Counted from the first letter of the whole stretch, positions 38,806-52,039 are shown. The stretch is DNA of 63,706 nucleotides, filler included, from Collodictyon triciliatum (GCA_043381765.1; 15 parts of 15 records of this genome joined end to end with filler, not necessarily neighbours in it); one strand, 5' to 3'. The notes: generated by a model not told the origin, from the sequence alone. Program-made: numbers and translations.

Positions 38806-38899
<94 letters not shown>

Positions 38900-38999
38900 N
38901 NNNNNNNNNNNNNNNNNNNNNNNNNNNNNNNNNNNNNNNNNNNTTAATTAATTAANNNNNNNNNNNNNNNNNNNNNNNNNNNNNNNNNNNNNNNNNNNN

Positions 39000-41900
39000 A
39001 TGCCTCGATTCAGTTGAGAAAAATACAGATAATTTCCTGCGTATTGCTACCATTCATGAAGAGATGGGAATCATCTACCAGCAACAGGATAAGTAAGGCT
39101 CGTTTGCAATTATAAATTAAATTATGAATAATGTTTCAAAAAGGAATTATTCTGATTTGCTTATTAAACAGAATGGATGAAGCTCTTGATGAATATAAGA
39201 AATCACTGGAACTGAGAGTCAAACAACTGGGTGAGAACGACTTGCAAGTGGCCCAATCACATGACCGCTTCGGAGACATCTACGTGAAACAGTCAAAGTA
39301 ATATTTGAATCATCTATATTCGTTTTTTTTTTTTTTGCCTTTATTTTGTAAATATATAAGTATGCTGATCAATTTTTTATGATAGGAATGAGCAGGCTCT
39401 GGTTGAATATGAAAAAGCCATGGAAATCCGCCGAAAGAGAATCGGAAACGAGCATCCTCTTGTTGCAACATCGTACCAGAACTACGGGCATGTCTCCCTG
39501 GCTGGGAAAAAGTAGCACAATGATTCATTAAAGACAGTTTTAAATATACTTATAATTTGAGATATATTAATATGGTTGAATCACCAAGGTATGAAGAATC
39601 TGTTGAAAATTACGAAAAGGCGAAATCAATCCTTCAAAAATCGCTGGGAGCGAACCATGCATCTGTTGCCTCGACAATCCAGTTTATTGCAAACGTTCAT
39701 CTTGCCGGTGGAAAGTTCGGATTTCTAAACTATAGATAATTTCATAAAACAATTATTCCTTTCAATTTTAGCAAAATATATTTGGCTTCATATCTTTCAT
39801 TTTTATGGACTCTATTTGGGGTTAATTATGCATAATACAATACTAACTAAATAAATATCAAAACTATCTTTTATAGGAAAACTGAGGCCTTATCCTCACT
39901 AAAGCAATCGCTGGATATTTTCATAATTGCTCTGGGTGAAAATCATCCGAATGTTGTGGCCTGCTATGAAATGATTGGAGACATCAGCCATGATTTGAAG
40001 GAGTATCTCTTTTTATTAATTATTATTACATATTTAATTGAAACAACAATAATTTATTTACTCTTATTATCTTAGCTTTAAGGGTGCTCTGGAGGCGTAT
40101 ATAAAGACGCTGGATATTCGCGTGAGAACATTGGGCGAAAAGCATGCTGACTATGCGACTGCCCTGGAGAATGTTGGCCGAACAAACTTTGAGCTTCAAA
40201 GGTAGATTTTTGTATTATTATTTAAAATTTTAAATATTTCATTAAAACCACTAAAAAACAATAAATATTAACTAATATGCATGCATTTAGATTGGACCAA
40301 GTAGTTGAATACTTCCAGAAGGCAGCTGCTATCAGAAAGGAGACAAAGACAATCATGTCAATGAAAGACACCCATCAGATTGAAAAGATTATCCGCCTCA
40401 TGAAAGACAAGAAAGAGCACGAAGCCGTCATTCAACTTTACAAAACGCTAATTCATTTATTCAGCAAGCTTTACTCCATGGATTATCTTGGGATATGGAA
40501 CAGCTGCCAAGAAATCGACAAGATTTATAAGGAACCGAAGCAGCACAAGGAAGCTGTGGCATTCTGGACTGAGATGAGAGACAGATTCGCAGATAAACTC
40601 GGATGGATTCACCCCACAACATTGAATTCATGCGAATACTTGTCCGTCCATTCAAAAGAAACTGGAATCAACAAAGAGCCTGTCGAGTTTACAAGAGTCA
40701 AGGAATTCATCAGCGAAACTCTTGATGATGCAAAGCTGGATGAGGAATGGAATCGTGAGCAAATCATTGCATCGTTATTCAGAATTGTCTACATGTCAAA
40801 GACTGATGAAAGCAAATCAAAGACTGCATCTGATGCAATAACACTTTTGAATTTCATGAACGTTTCTTTTGGTGGAATGGATTTATCAAACATCAAAATT
40901 CCACATGCAAATCTCAGTAACTCAATCCTTGATGGTGCAAATCTCACTGGTGCCAACTTGGATGGCGCTGATTTCACGAATTCGATGCTTGGTGATTGTG
41001 TTTTTGATAATGCGAATATGAATAATGTGAAATTCGGAATTTCTCATGATAAATTGGAAGGTCACACAAAAACTGTTAGAAGTGTTTGTAGTATTCAAGG
41101 ACCGAATGGTGAAAGCTGGCTGGCTTCTGGAAGTGGTGATAAAACAATACGTATTTGGGATGTAGCCACAGGAAACCAAATCAAAAAATTAGAAGGACAT
41201 ACAGATGGTGTCAACAGTGTTTGCAGTATTCAAGGACCAAATGGCGAAAACTGGTTGGCTTCTGGAAGTAGGGATAGAACATTACGTATCTGGGATGTAG
41301 CCACAGGAAGCCAAATCAAAGAATTAGAAGGTCATACAGATGGTGTCAACAGTGTTTGCAGTATTCAAGGACCGAATGGTGAAGATTGGTTGGCTTCTGG
41401 AAGTGGTGATAAAACAATACGTATTTGGGATGTAGCCACAGGAAACCAAATCAAAAGATTAAATGGACATACAAATGCTGTCAGCTGTATTTGCAGTATT
41501 CAAGGATCGAATGGTGAAAATTGGCTGGCTTCTGGAAGTCTTGATAATACAATTTGTATTTGGGATGTAGCCACAGGAAACCAAATCAAAAAATTACAAG
41601 GTCATACAGATGCTGTCGAAAGTGTTTGCAGTATTCAAGGACCGAATGGTGAAAATTGGCTGGCTTCAGGAAGTTGGGATAATACAATTTGTATTTGGGA
41701 TGTAGCCACAGGAAATCAAATCAAAACATTAAAAGGTCATACAAGGCCTGTCACTAGTGTTTGCAGCATCCAAGGACCGAATGGTGAAAATTGGCTGGCT
41801 TCAGGAAGTTGGGATAATACAATTTGTATTTGGGATGTAGCCACAGGAAGCCAAATCAAAGAATTAGAAGGTCATACAAGCATTGTCAATAGTGTTTGTA

Positions 41901-43006
41901 GTATTCAAGGACCGAATGGTGAAAACTGGTTGGCATCTGGTAGTGATGATGGAACAATACGTATTTGGGATTTAGCCACAAGAAACCAAATCAAAACATT
42001 GGAAGGTCATACAAGTAATGTCAGTAGTGTTTGTAGTATTCAAGGACCGAATGGTGAAAACTGGTTGGCTTCTGGAAGTGGTGATAATACAATACGTATT
42101 TGGCATGTAGCCACAGGAAGCCAAACACACAGTCTGCAAAAGTCAGAAGTGACCTACACCCAAGGAAAATACCTCGTCAAGAAAGAAAAGCCTGACGAAG
42201 TCATCGCAGTATTCAACAGGACAAGTGACGCGATGAACATGATTGACACCAACAGAATCCAAGATGCAAAGACAATCCAGATTATCGGCCCAAGAAAGCT
42301 GCAAGGTGGTAGCATCCAAATCAGAAATGTCACAGGATTGAGTCAATTCAATAAATCCCTCCTTCTTTCTATCGGTGCTGTTTCCTTCGATGCGGACTTT
42401 GCTGCCTATTGTGAGCAGAGAAAGTTCACCACGTTCCAGGCTCAAATGATGGCTGAGTGTTATGACAATGGATGGGGTGTTGAGAAAGATGCTGAAAAGG
42501 CTTATTTTTGGAGATTTGTCGCCCCTTTGAAATTATCATTGGATTTTGATGGATTGAAACAACTAGCACAACAAGGCTCAAAGGATGCATTCAATGTTTT
42601 GAAAGAAATGGTTGAAATGAAAACATGGGACGAGAATTATGGTGAATACAAATATAAATATCCACAAGCTTTTTCTATTGTTGCCGAATGCTATGAGAAT
42701 GGATGGGGTGTTGAGAAGGACACCGAGGGAGTTTATTTTTGGAAAGTTGTCGCTCCTTTGAAATTATCATTAGATTTTGACAAATTGAAGCAACTTGCAC
42801 AACAAGGCTCAAAGGTGGCATTCAATGTTTTGAAAGAATTTGCTGAAATGATGGAAGATATCAAAAACGTATTTGCACGAAAAATTGGTGAAGAACACAA
42901 ATATCCACAGGCTGTTTCTATTGTGGCTGAGTGCTGTGAGAATGGATGGGGTGTTGAGAAGGACACCGAGAAAGCAGCTGAGTGGAGACAGAAAGCCACA
43001 GCTTAA
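39000..43006 (+). CDS. TPR / pentapeptide / WD40 x8 / Sel1-like protein; 5'-partial
   Basis: Five complete 126-nt phase-2 exons each encode one 42-aa TPR (LGENHPNV-type). The large last exon from 40291 contains ASDAITLL...pentapeptides (ANLSN, ANLTG, ANLDG), eight 45-aa WD40s and AECYxNGWGVEKD repeats. Confidence 0.9.
41054..42123 (+). repeat. Eight tandem 135-bp WD40-coding repeats, highly similar at DNA level
   Basis: Unit starts at 41054, 41189, 41324, 41459, 41594, 41729, 41864 and 41999. Confidence 0.97.
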
Positions 43007-43554
43007 CAAGGTAAGCAGTATAATAAATGCATATTAACATATGTTCGTTAACTGTAATCATTTTAGATGGAGAGATTCTCTGGGTTTTTTTGAAGCAGAC
43101 CTCCGCTTTTTTCCCAGAAGGACGCTCCATGAAAACAGAATAAAACCATAAAAAATGAAAGCAAAGCTGATCAATCTCTGTTGCAACCTTTTTTCTTTTC
43201 TTTTTTTCTTTTTTCTTTTTTTCTTTTTTTCTTTTTTCTTTTTTTCTTTTTTCTTTTTTTCTTTTTTCTTTTTTTCTTTTTTCTTTTTTCTTTTTTCTTT
43301 TTTCTTTTTTCTTTTTTTTTTTTTTTTTTTTCTTTTTTTCTTTTTTCTTTTTTTCTTTTTTTCTTTTTTCTTTTTTTCTTTTTTCTTTTTTTCTTTTTTC
43401 TTTTTTTCTTTTTTCTTTTTTCTTTTTTTCTTTTTTTTCTTTTTTTTCTTTTTTNNNNNNNNNNNNNNNNNNNNNNNNNNNNNNNNNNNNNNNNNNNNTT
43501 AATTAATTAANNNNNNNNNNNNNNNNNNNNNNNNNNNNNNNNNNNNNNNNNNNN

Positions 43555-44070
43555 AGCTTGACCACGGGCGAGACAACGTCGGTGAGAGACTGACCGCGTG
43601 TACGGATGTGGTTGGAAAACATGCCTTCACGATACTTGTGCTCGTTGGAGTGGGTACTCTCGTTGCTGTTGAGGGTGCGCTCCCGCTTTGTTCCGGTCTG
43701 CTCCGGCGTGTGGGCGGCCGTGGAGGTGGGTCTTTGGAACACAGACACCGATGCAGATGCACTCCTCTGGTGGGAGGACATCTGCTGGGCAGCTTTTTCG
43801 GCGATAGCAGCTTGGCGTGTTACTCTGCGAGTAGCAGACACGCCAGCCTTTATCGTGGAGGTGGCTGCCTCTGTCGGCTTTGTCTGTTTGAGGGTGCTGC
43901 GAAGTGTTGTCTGTTTGCAGACATCGGAGTTGCCGTTCGCCTTCGCTTGGGCGGCGGCGGGCTTTTTTTGTGTCCGCTGTGGGGCGGCGTTGGGTGCGGC
44001 TTTGCCTGTGAGTGTGCCTGCCGAGTTGGAGGGCGCGTTTGGGTCTTTGTCCGCAGTGGTAGGGGAGCCT
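43555..44070 (-). CDS. Probable exon of a basic A/T/K-rich protein of unknown function; 3'-partial
   Basis: About 170 open codons with raised GC (GKAAPNAAPQRTQKKPAAA...RRVTRQAAIAEK). No recognisable domain; start exon not identified. Confidence 0.5.
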
Positions 44071-44569
44071 CTTGTGAGTGGATTCAGTCACTTTTTATGC
44101 AAGAGAGCACTGGAAAAGGAAAAGAAAAAGGATATCTGTCCTCGTATTTGCGCTCAGTCCTGATTCAAAAATAGGTGCTCTGACGTTTTTCTGACCAGCA
44201 ACAAAAGGCAGAAAAATGAAGATAAAGAACAGGAAGGCTTATAATAGCAAAATGAAAACGACCACCCAAACAGTGTCCAGATTGGAATACCAACATCCAT
44301 GACATTTCCCAAAAAAAGGACTATTAATATTATTATTATTTATAGTTGAAGTAAGATGAATTACATTGTGTTTGTCTCCATACCTTAGGCCATCAAAGAA
44401 TCACAATACAAGCAACAAGACCTATATTTTTGTCACCTTTTTAATTCGGTAAGATATTGTGGCAGTTTGAAGCGCTATTTGCCGCTTTATTTTGTGCTTC
44501 GGCTCTTGTCGGCATATACAAGATTGGCAGAAGGGTTGGAGAAAACGAGGCCTTAGATGAGTATGGGGA

Positions 44570-47500
44570 TTAAACACCATCCAGGTGGTTGAGTCTATTT
44601 ACTTCCTTTTCTTCACCACATTCACCATGGGCGAGGGCGGCAGTTTTCTGGTTTTTTGTATGAATTTGAAAGGTAAGTTCAAGTTGGCTGTTTGATAGAA
44701 ACTTTTCAGCGTGGTGGTATTGCGCGCTATTAATCGAAATTAAAATAAAATTAAAAAAGTTTTTGCTGGTTAGATTGATACAACTTACTTCTTTGTCAAA
44801 TCCTTCGGTCCGGTTGGTCTTTTGGATTGGGAGACGGGGGTCGCCAACTTCTTGGTTACGGGATCTAAAATATACAGGTGATTAAATACCTTAATTTCAT
44901 TCATAATAAATAAGGCCTGCACACTTTGGGAGATACTCTGGAAAAGAAAAGAAAGCATCAGAGGATTTTTTTTTTTAAAAAAAAAAACGTTTAAAATTAG
45001 ATAGGAAGGCATATGAAGGAGATATCGCCAAAGAGGGTGGATAATAGTTTAAATATATTCGAATTATTAAGGAAAAAATTGTAGTGACACGCGAGATGGT
45101 TTACTTTTGGCCATAGACATGAGAATATTGGGCTCATCAGAATCAGAATCAGAACCGGAGTCAGAGTCAGAGTCTTTTTTTGTCGGGGTGGGATTGACTT
45201 TTGAATCTAGTGGATTAGGAACGGGATTTTGTTTGTGTTCATTTTGCATAGAGCTCTTCGAAATTGTGGATGTTTTCTGTGTATTCAACGGCGTGCTAGC
45301 TTTCGTGGGTATTATGTCTTTGGATGTTTGGTCAACTTTGGCAGGCTTGAGGGTTCCTGTGACATCTTTCGGACGGTTATCTTCAACGACAAGAGGCTGA
45401 GTTTTGTTTTCTATAATCTCAGATAAGCCGGAATCGGAATCGGAATCAGAATCGGAGTTGGAATTATGATTTAATTTGGGGGCTTGTGTAAGTTTTATCT
45501 GATTTGTCGAGATATTCACACTTCCAGACATGTTACCAGAGATGCTTTCCTGTTTATAAGATGGATTTGGGTTTGGTGCTTGCTTTTGCGTGGTAGGATT
45601 CGATTCTAGTACTCCCTTTAATGCTTCAGATTTTGTGGAAGTATTTGGAACCGCAACAGCCCGTGAAGTTCCCTCGTGCTTTTGTTCTATTTTCTGGGTT
45701 GGTGATGGCTCTGATTTTTCTTTGTTGTGAGATTTTTTTGTGTTTGATGAGCCAGGTGCTTGCATAGATTTCGTGTCTTGGGAGGTGGGTGCTTGGGGAA
45801 TGGACTTCTCTTGCGAGTTCGGCCTTGATTGCTGGGATTTAATGTCAAAATTTGGTAGAGAGGTGCTCGCTACCGGCTGACTTTGTTGTCTGGAACCTGA
45901 GATTTCTTTGAAGCTATCCCCACTCCCGGTGGATTCGTCATCAGCTTCACTATCCTCATCCACTGTGTCTGATACTGAAAACAATATATAAACCCAATTT
46001 GAAATGAGCATCGGACACTTTAGTAAAGAAAAAGGGGCATATTTCGTTCATTTAATAAATCATGATGAAAGTCTTTGACTTACATGTTTCTGGAACCGTA
46101 GAATGAACCACTTCAGTTATTTCCAGTAAATTGCCTCGTGACTGAGCTTGCGCTGCTTTATTGCTTTCGTTATCGCTCTCACTCTCTTCTTCGTCTTGAA
46201 TTTCTTTTACAGGAGGAGTGACATGTCCTGTTTCTTTAGCCCCCTGATTAATTTTGGTGACAGATAGGTCTTTTGGTCTCAGAACAGAATCGCCTTTGGA
46301 TTGGTGGTGGGTTGCTGCATCTGATGCGTTTTGATTAACTTTCACCAGGCTAGAAGGAGTGGCAGATGGAATTTGTCCCATGTAATCATACTCTCCAGAC
46401 AATGTGTCATCTTTCCTGCTTCCTTGTGAAACAACAGCGGCAAATTCCTTTATACTTCCCTTCGTACTGGATGAAGGTGTTGGCTTGTGGTCTTGAGTTG
46501 CCTCTGTCGAAAGGAAGTCACTGGGTGATTCAAGAGTCATGCCAGTCGACTTCTTAGAGGACCGATTGGTCAGAGCAGAATCGGATGTAATGGTTGGCAC
46601 AGGCCCTTTTTGGGAAGCTTGGGATGGTGTCTTGGGAAGTTCCACGCCTTTTTTCTGAGTGAACTCTGCTTCTGTGAGGGCTTCGCTTTTACTTGGGGTG
46701 GTGGAACTCAAAGTTGTACTCTTAGATTTTGAGGTTGCTACTTTTTGCGGATTCGGGCTCGCAATACTATCTGATTTAGCAGTTGTTACCTTTTTGATGC
46801 CCAACTTAGCCTTAGAGTTATTCTCCTTCGATGTGACTGATATCCTTTGCTGATTTGACGTCGCATCCTCGACAATTCCCATTTTACCAGGAGCCATGCT
46901 GTGAACATCTTTCATATCTGCATCGTTATCCTCAATTGAGACGGCTGGACTTTCAGTTACAGAGCTAGGCTGCTTCTGCACTGGTGCCTTCTCGCTCTGT
47001 TTTACATTTTCTTTTGGGGCCTTGGGCGTTGCAAGTTCAGAATTATTAGTGCGAGTTTGTGTGAAGGGACTATCTGCATCAATGACTTTAGGCACGGATT
47101 CACGCTTCTGCACGGATACTGGAGTTGTGCTCTCCGGCTTTCGTGGCTTCTTGTCTGTGTGTTTATCTCCTGCAGACGACGCACGTTGGGAGGCAACAAG
47201 CGGGGGTTTCGAGGAGGATGTCTTAGTCTCCTGCGGAAGAACGCTTGGTGGAGATGGGCTTCTGTCGCGCTTCCGAGAAGCCTCTGAATGGACACTGCTG
47301 AGAGACTGATGAAGCTGATAAGACTGATGCAGGGCCAGTGAGAGCTGTGTGGTTTGCAAATCGAGAAGACTTGGGCCTGGCAAGAACTGGGCTGGGATTT
47401 GTGAGAAGGGAAGAAACGGGCGACCGGCAGTGCTGAGACAAACGTGGTCCTGGAACACAAGAAAGTCTGCCACAGTTCCATCAGGGCTCAAATCTGCTCC

Positions 47501-47764
47501 AGACGAGTGGCGAATGCGGGTAAAGAGGGCTTCCTGTTGATAGATGCTTTTGTATGTGGCGCTCGCGACTTTGAGCAGCTCATGCAATGTTGCCGAGGGC
47601 GTGATGGAGATGAGAAAGTGTCGGTCTTCGGTGCGTGCAGAGTCTTCTGCCGCGTCAGCAGATATCTCCTGGCTTCCTTCATACGGCTCCTGGGTGACGT
47701 GCTCCGTGTGAATGTGGATCTTCCACTGGATTTTGGAGCCGAAGGTGATTGGTGCGAAAGACAT
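44570..47764 (-). CDS. Large S/K/D-rich low-complexity protein with an N-terminal domain resembling the Net1/Dnt1 (Cdc14-binding) N-terminus; last exon uncertain
   Basis: Two long ORFs are separated by a short intron. The N-terminus FLISITPSATLHELL...YKSIY...RHSSGADLSPDGTVADF resembles that ubiquitin-like fold by eye. DSDSDSDS tracts follow. Confidence 0.65.
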
Positions 47765-47910
47765 GGCGCCTGTTGGAGAGAGTGGCGGGGTTGAGCCTAA
47801 TTCTTGTTCATGTCTGTTTTGTCCTATTTGACGGCTTTTTTTTCGCTTTTTATTTAGTTATTGTCTCTCTTTGTTGAGGCTCTTGATTACCTTAATATTA
47901 CTTCCTTGTT

Positions 47911-48009
<99 letters not shown>

Positions 48010-48598
48010 NNNNNNNNNNNNNNNNNNNNNNNNNNNNNNNNNNNNNNNNNNNNTTAATTAATTAANNNNNNNNNNNNNNNNNNNNNNNNNNNNNNNNNNN
48101 NNNNNNNNNTAAATAAAAAAAGTAAATAAAAAAGTAAATAAAAAAAGTAAATAAAAAAAGTAAATAAAAAAAGTAAATAAAAAAAGTAAATAAAAAAAGT
48201 AAATAAAAAAGTAAATAAAAAAAGTAAATAAAAAAAGTAAATAAAAAAAGTAAATAAAAAAAGTAAATAAAAAAAGTAAATAAAAAAGTAAATAAAAAAG
48301 TAAATAAAAAAGTAAATAAAAAAAGTAAATAAAAAAAGTAAATAAAAAAAGTAAATAAAAAAAGTAAATAAAAAAAGTAAATAAAAAAAGTAAATAAAAA
48401 AGTGAAAAAAGCAAAAAAGCAAAAAAGTTAAAAGGTAAGAAAAAGTAAGAAAAAGTAAGAAAAAGTAAGAAAAAGTAAGAAAAAGTAAAGAAAGGAAACA
48501 ACAGAAAAGAAGAACAGAAAAATGTATATGTTTTGTGCTGCTTTTCTTGAGCAGAATACTTGAATATCTGTCCACATAATCGTAACATCCCATATTAG

Positions 48599-51500
48599 GT
48601 ACAAAGCGGCCGTCTCAAAGAATGCAGCTACTTGGGGACCTGTCTATAGTTCTTTTACAGCAAATCAGTCGACCTTGGCTATGACAGCTGTGAACCCCAT
48701 CTTTTCGAGGAGAAACAAAGGTAGCTTGCTCCAAAGTACATATTGAACAGCACGCCTGCTAATCTCTACAGAAAACTGCCAACACTACCGTTTTGTGAAA
48801 TATAGGTAAAGTAATTGGGGTGGCAGGAGTTGAGATGAATTTGATGCTTGTCCAAAAGAAGCTGGAGAGCATATATATCAGCGAGCATGGAAAGGCGTAC
48901 ATTCTCCAAAAGGCATGATTTCTTTTCCGGGTACCAATGCAGTCATTAGAGATAACACACCCTACCGCATGCGGTAGATGCATGAAATAAACGATGTTTA
49001 TCCACTCCCAACAATAAATCCAGGACGGCAAATTGATTGCAAATACTCTTGGTGTGCCGCTGTCTGGTATAGACAAAAAGATGGTTCACTTCAATCAATC
49101 AAATGATAACCTCGTCATCAAGACAGCTAGAGTACAATTTTCAGATTTAATGTCCATGATTTGAAGGCCTGTCTTTCACTATATGTATAATTGGATGTCA
49201 TGTTATTCAAATATCTTTTTAACTTTTTTTAAACTTTTTTTTTTGTAGAGATTGAGTGCGGAGAATCAGCAAATTCATAGAATCGAAGGAATCAAGGCGT
49301 TCTCAGTGACGGAAAGAAATACGGACTACCTGGTCTATGCATCCACTCTGGAGGATGTTGATAAGGACATTGAATGGGTAACACGCAGTGCTACGGAATG
49401 AGAATCACATCATGAAGAGGAATGGATGATATGGTTTTGTTATTTGAATGTATTTATATCGCGCTCAATCTTCAACCAAGCTTCGTTGTCTAAGTACCTT
49501 TATGCACTTATCTATCCCTTAACAAAGGTGATTGTGATACTCATACCAAGAAGCGATGTGTTCTCAAAGACAGACAAGATGATAGTTTTGTCGTCCGCGC
49601 TAGCTGCGTCTCTTTGTGTAGCGGTCTTGGCATTTGCAGTCATGATATCCATCCAAATCTCTCGGTAGGGGACGCCAAATCAGTATCTCTATGGATATGT
49701 GAATCCGATTGAGATACATTAATATCGATGAACCAATTTAAAAAAGTAAAAAAGTAAAAAAGTAAAAAAGTAAAAAAGTAAAAAAGTAAAAAAGTAAAAA
49801 AGTAAAAAAGTAAAAAAAGTAAAAAAGTAAAAAAGTAAAAAAGTAAAAAAGTAAAAAAGTAAAAAAGTAAAAAAGTAAAAAAGAAAAAAAGTAAAAAAGT
49901 AAAAAAGTAAAAAAGTAAAAAAGTAAAAAAGTAAAAAAGTAAAAAAGTAAAAAAGTAAAAAAGTAAAAAAGTAAAAAAGTAAAAAAATGAAAAAAAAATG
50001 AAAAAAATGAAAAAAATGAAAAAAATGAAAAAAATGAAAAAAATGAAAAAAAATGAAAAAATAAAAACGAACTATAAAACATTACAAGGCCGCTTCTTCT
50101 TGTGGTCAGCGCCATGCAAAGCATCTGCAGACTCGAGTTTGAAAATCGGAAAGTTGTAAGTACTGAGCGTCTCTGGCTTTGTTTCTCACCTTATTAAAAT
50201 AATATGCTCTCTCAAAAAAAAAAAACGAAAGAAAAAGAAAGTCATGCCATTCAAAGCATCATGATGGTCTCTGTAGCAACCAGTCAGCTCCAGGCTGCGA
50301 GAGATTCATATGATAGAGGAGACCTTCCAGGTGGCTTGAAACGGAGAATAATGGACTTTTCTTCTTCCCAATAAATGCCATCTTCATCACCTCTTTTCAT
50401 CTTTTGTGGCTTGTCGTCGGTTAAAACATGTGCTAAGCTACACGACATATTTGATACCTCCACAGGTCATGGAGTCGACATTGAGGTCTTTCGGCAAGTT
50501 TGTGCCCATGTCAGTGATTAAGAGAATGGTATCGGACCCCAAAAACAAGGGCGAGCTCTTTCTTGATTACAGAACCGTGACGATATTGTGCGCAAGTAGC
50601 TATACATATGCGATGTTCTGCCTTCCGTCCCTATATTCTGCAGTCCATAACACCACCGAACGTCACCATAATGAAAGGAGGTTTTAGTTTTATACAAGAA
50701 TCGCTGTGTTGAACACACTGAACATCGCAATAGGTATCAAGGACTTTGGCAAGATATCATCCACGATGCAAATGGATTCAATGATAACTATAATGTCGAG
50801 CTACATCGATAAAGTATCCGAGATAGTGGTGGGGTCTGGCGGGACGGTGGTGGATTTCTATTGCGACTTTGTAGTGGTAAGAAGGAGCGCTTGAGAGCGG
50901 AGATGAAGCCAACTATACTAAGATTTGACACATGCAGATGCATTTTTACTACGAAACTAATGTGATAAACAGGCAGTATGGAATGCACCTACGAATCTCC
51001 CAGAGCACGCGCTTCACGCTTCGTCATGTGCTGTCCAGTATTTGGTATGATGAGACTTCGAAGGATGACACGCTACATGAAAATGATAAGAAAAACGAAA
51101 ACGAAAAACAATCTGAATTGTAAGCACCTTGATTACACACAAAGAGCATGGTGTCTCATGCAAACGTCATTCTTTTTACAACCAGAAAGCCATGGATGAC
51201 TTCAACAGAATGTGGATAAGTCAGCGAGTAATCACAGCGCCTCTGAAAGTGTCGATTGGGGTACACAGCGGCCCGGTTTTCATCGGCAACATGGGGTCAT
51301 CCAAGTGCTTGAAGTACAGTGCAATAGGAGAGGCTATGAATACAGCACGGAGGTGACTGGGAGATTTTTTTATACCACTGAAAACATGGCTATTTTCATA
51401 TTTGCATTTGTTTGTGCAAATAAACCTTCTCATACGCTAAGTCAGAATGCATAGTCCATTTGTTTCCATTTGTTACCATTTGTTTTCCATTTGTTTTCCT

Positions 51501-52039
51501 TTTTTTCCTTTTTTTTCCCTAATTTTGACTTTTGGTAAGAATAGGCTAAAAGACCTGAACAAGAGGTACGACAGCTACGCCCTCATATCTGATGAGACAC
51601 AAAGGTCAGTAAAGGACAGGATTATATCGAGGCCTCTGGAGTATGTTCCTGTGAGCAAGTAAGGATTTGCAAGATGCATCTTTCGGGGTGTAGATATACT
51701 GGAATGTGTACATTTCTAACAATTTGTTATATACCTCTGCGTGTGGTTGCCTTTTCGAATGCTTCGTGATGTTGCAGCTCGACAAGCATGTTGGTATGTG
51801 AGCTCTTAGCGGACGTCAACTTCAGTTCAGAGAGCGAAATCATGGACGCAAAAGAGAAGCAGGCAGCGTCAGCACCTATGAAATCGTACAACACGATGTC
51901 CGCGTCGAGCCGCAAAGAGGCGATTATGAACCTGACGGATTATTGCGACTTGAACATACAAGACAAAACGCTGAATAGGTTGCTACGGCTACTCAAGTCA
52001 AACAGCAACACTTTTGAAGACGAAAAGAATGAGTTCTAA
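48599..52039 (+). CDS. dCache / TM / HAMP / class III nucleotidyl-cyclase-like receptor; 5'-partial
   Basis: YKAAV...WGPVY...GKVIGVAGVE...DGKLIA (Cache); TM segment; ISR | PL...REI (HAMP); FGKFVP; VTIL; SGGTVVDFYCD; VSIGVHSGPVFIGNMGS...YSAIGEAMNTARR | LKDLNKRY...LISDET. Confidence 0.85.

Noticed and set aside
41054-42123. Regular repeats as a possible CRISPR array
   Set aside because: These are in-frame 135-bp WD40 coding units with no unique spacers and no cas genes.
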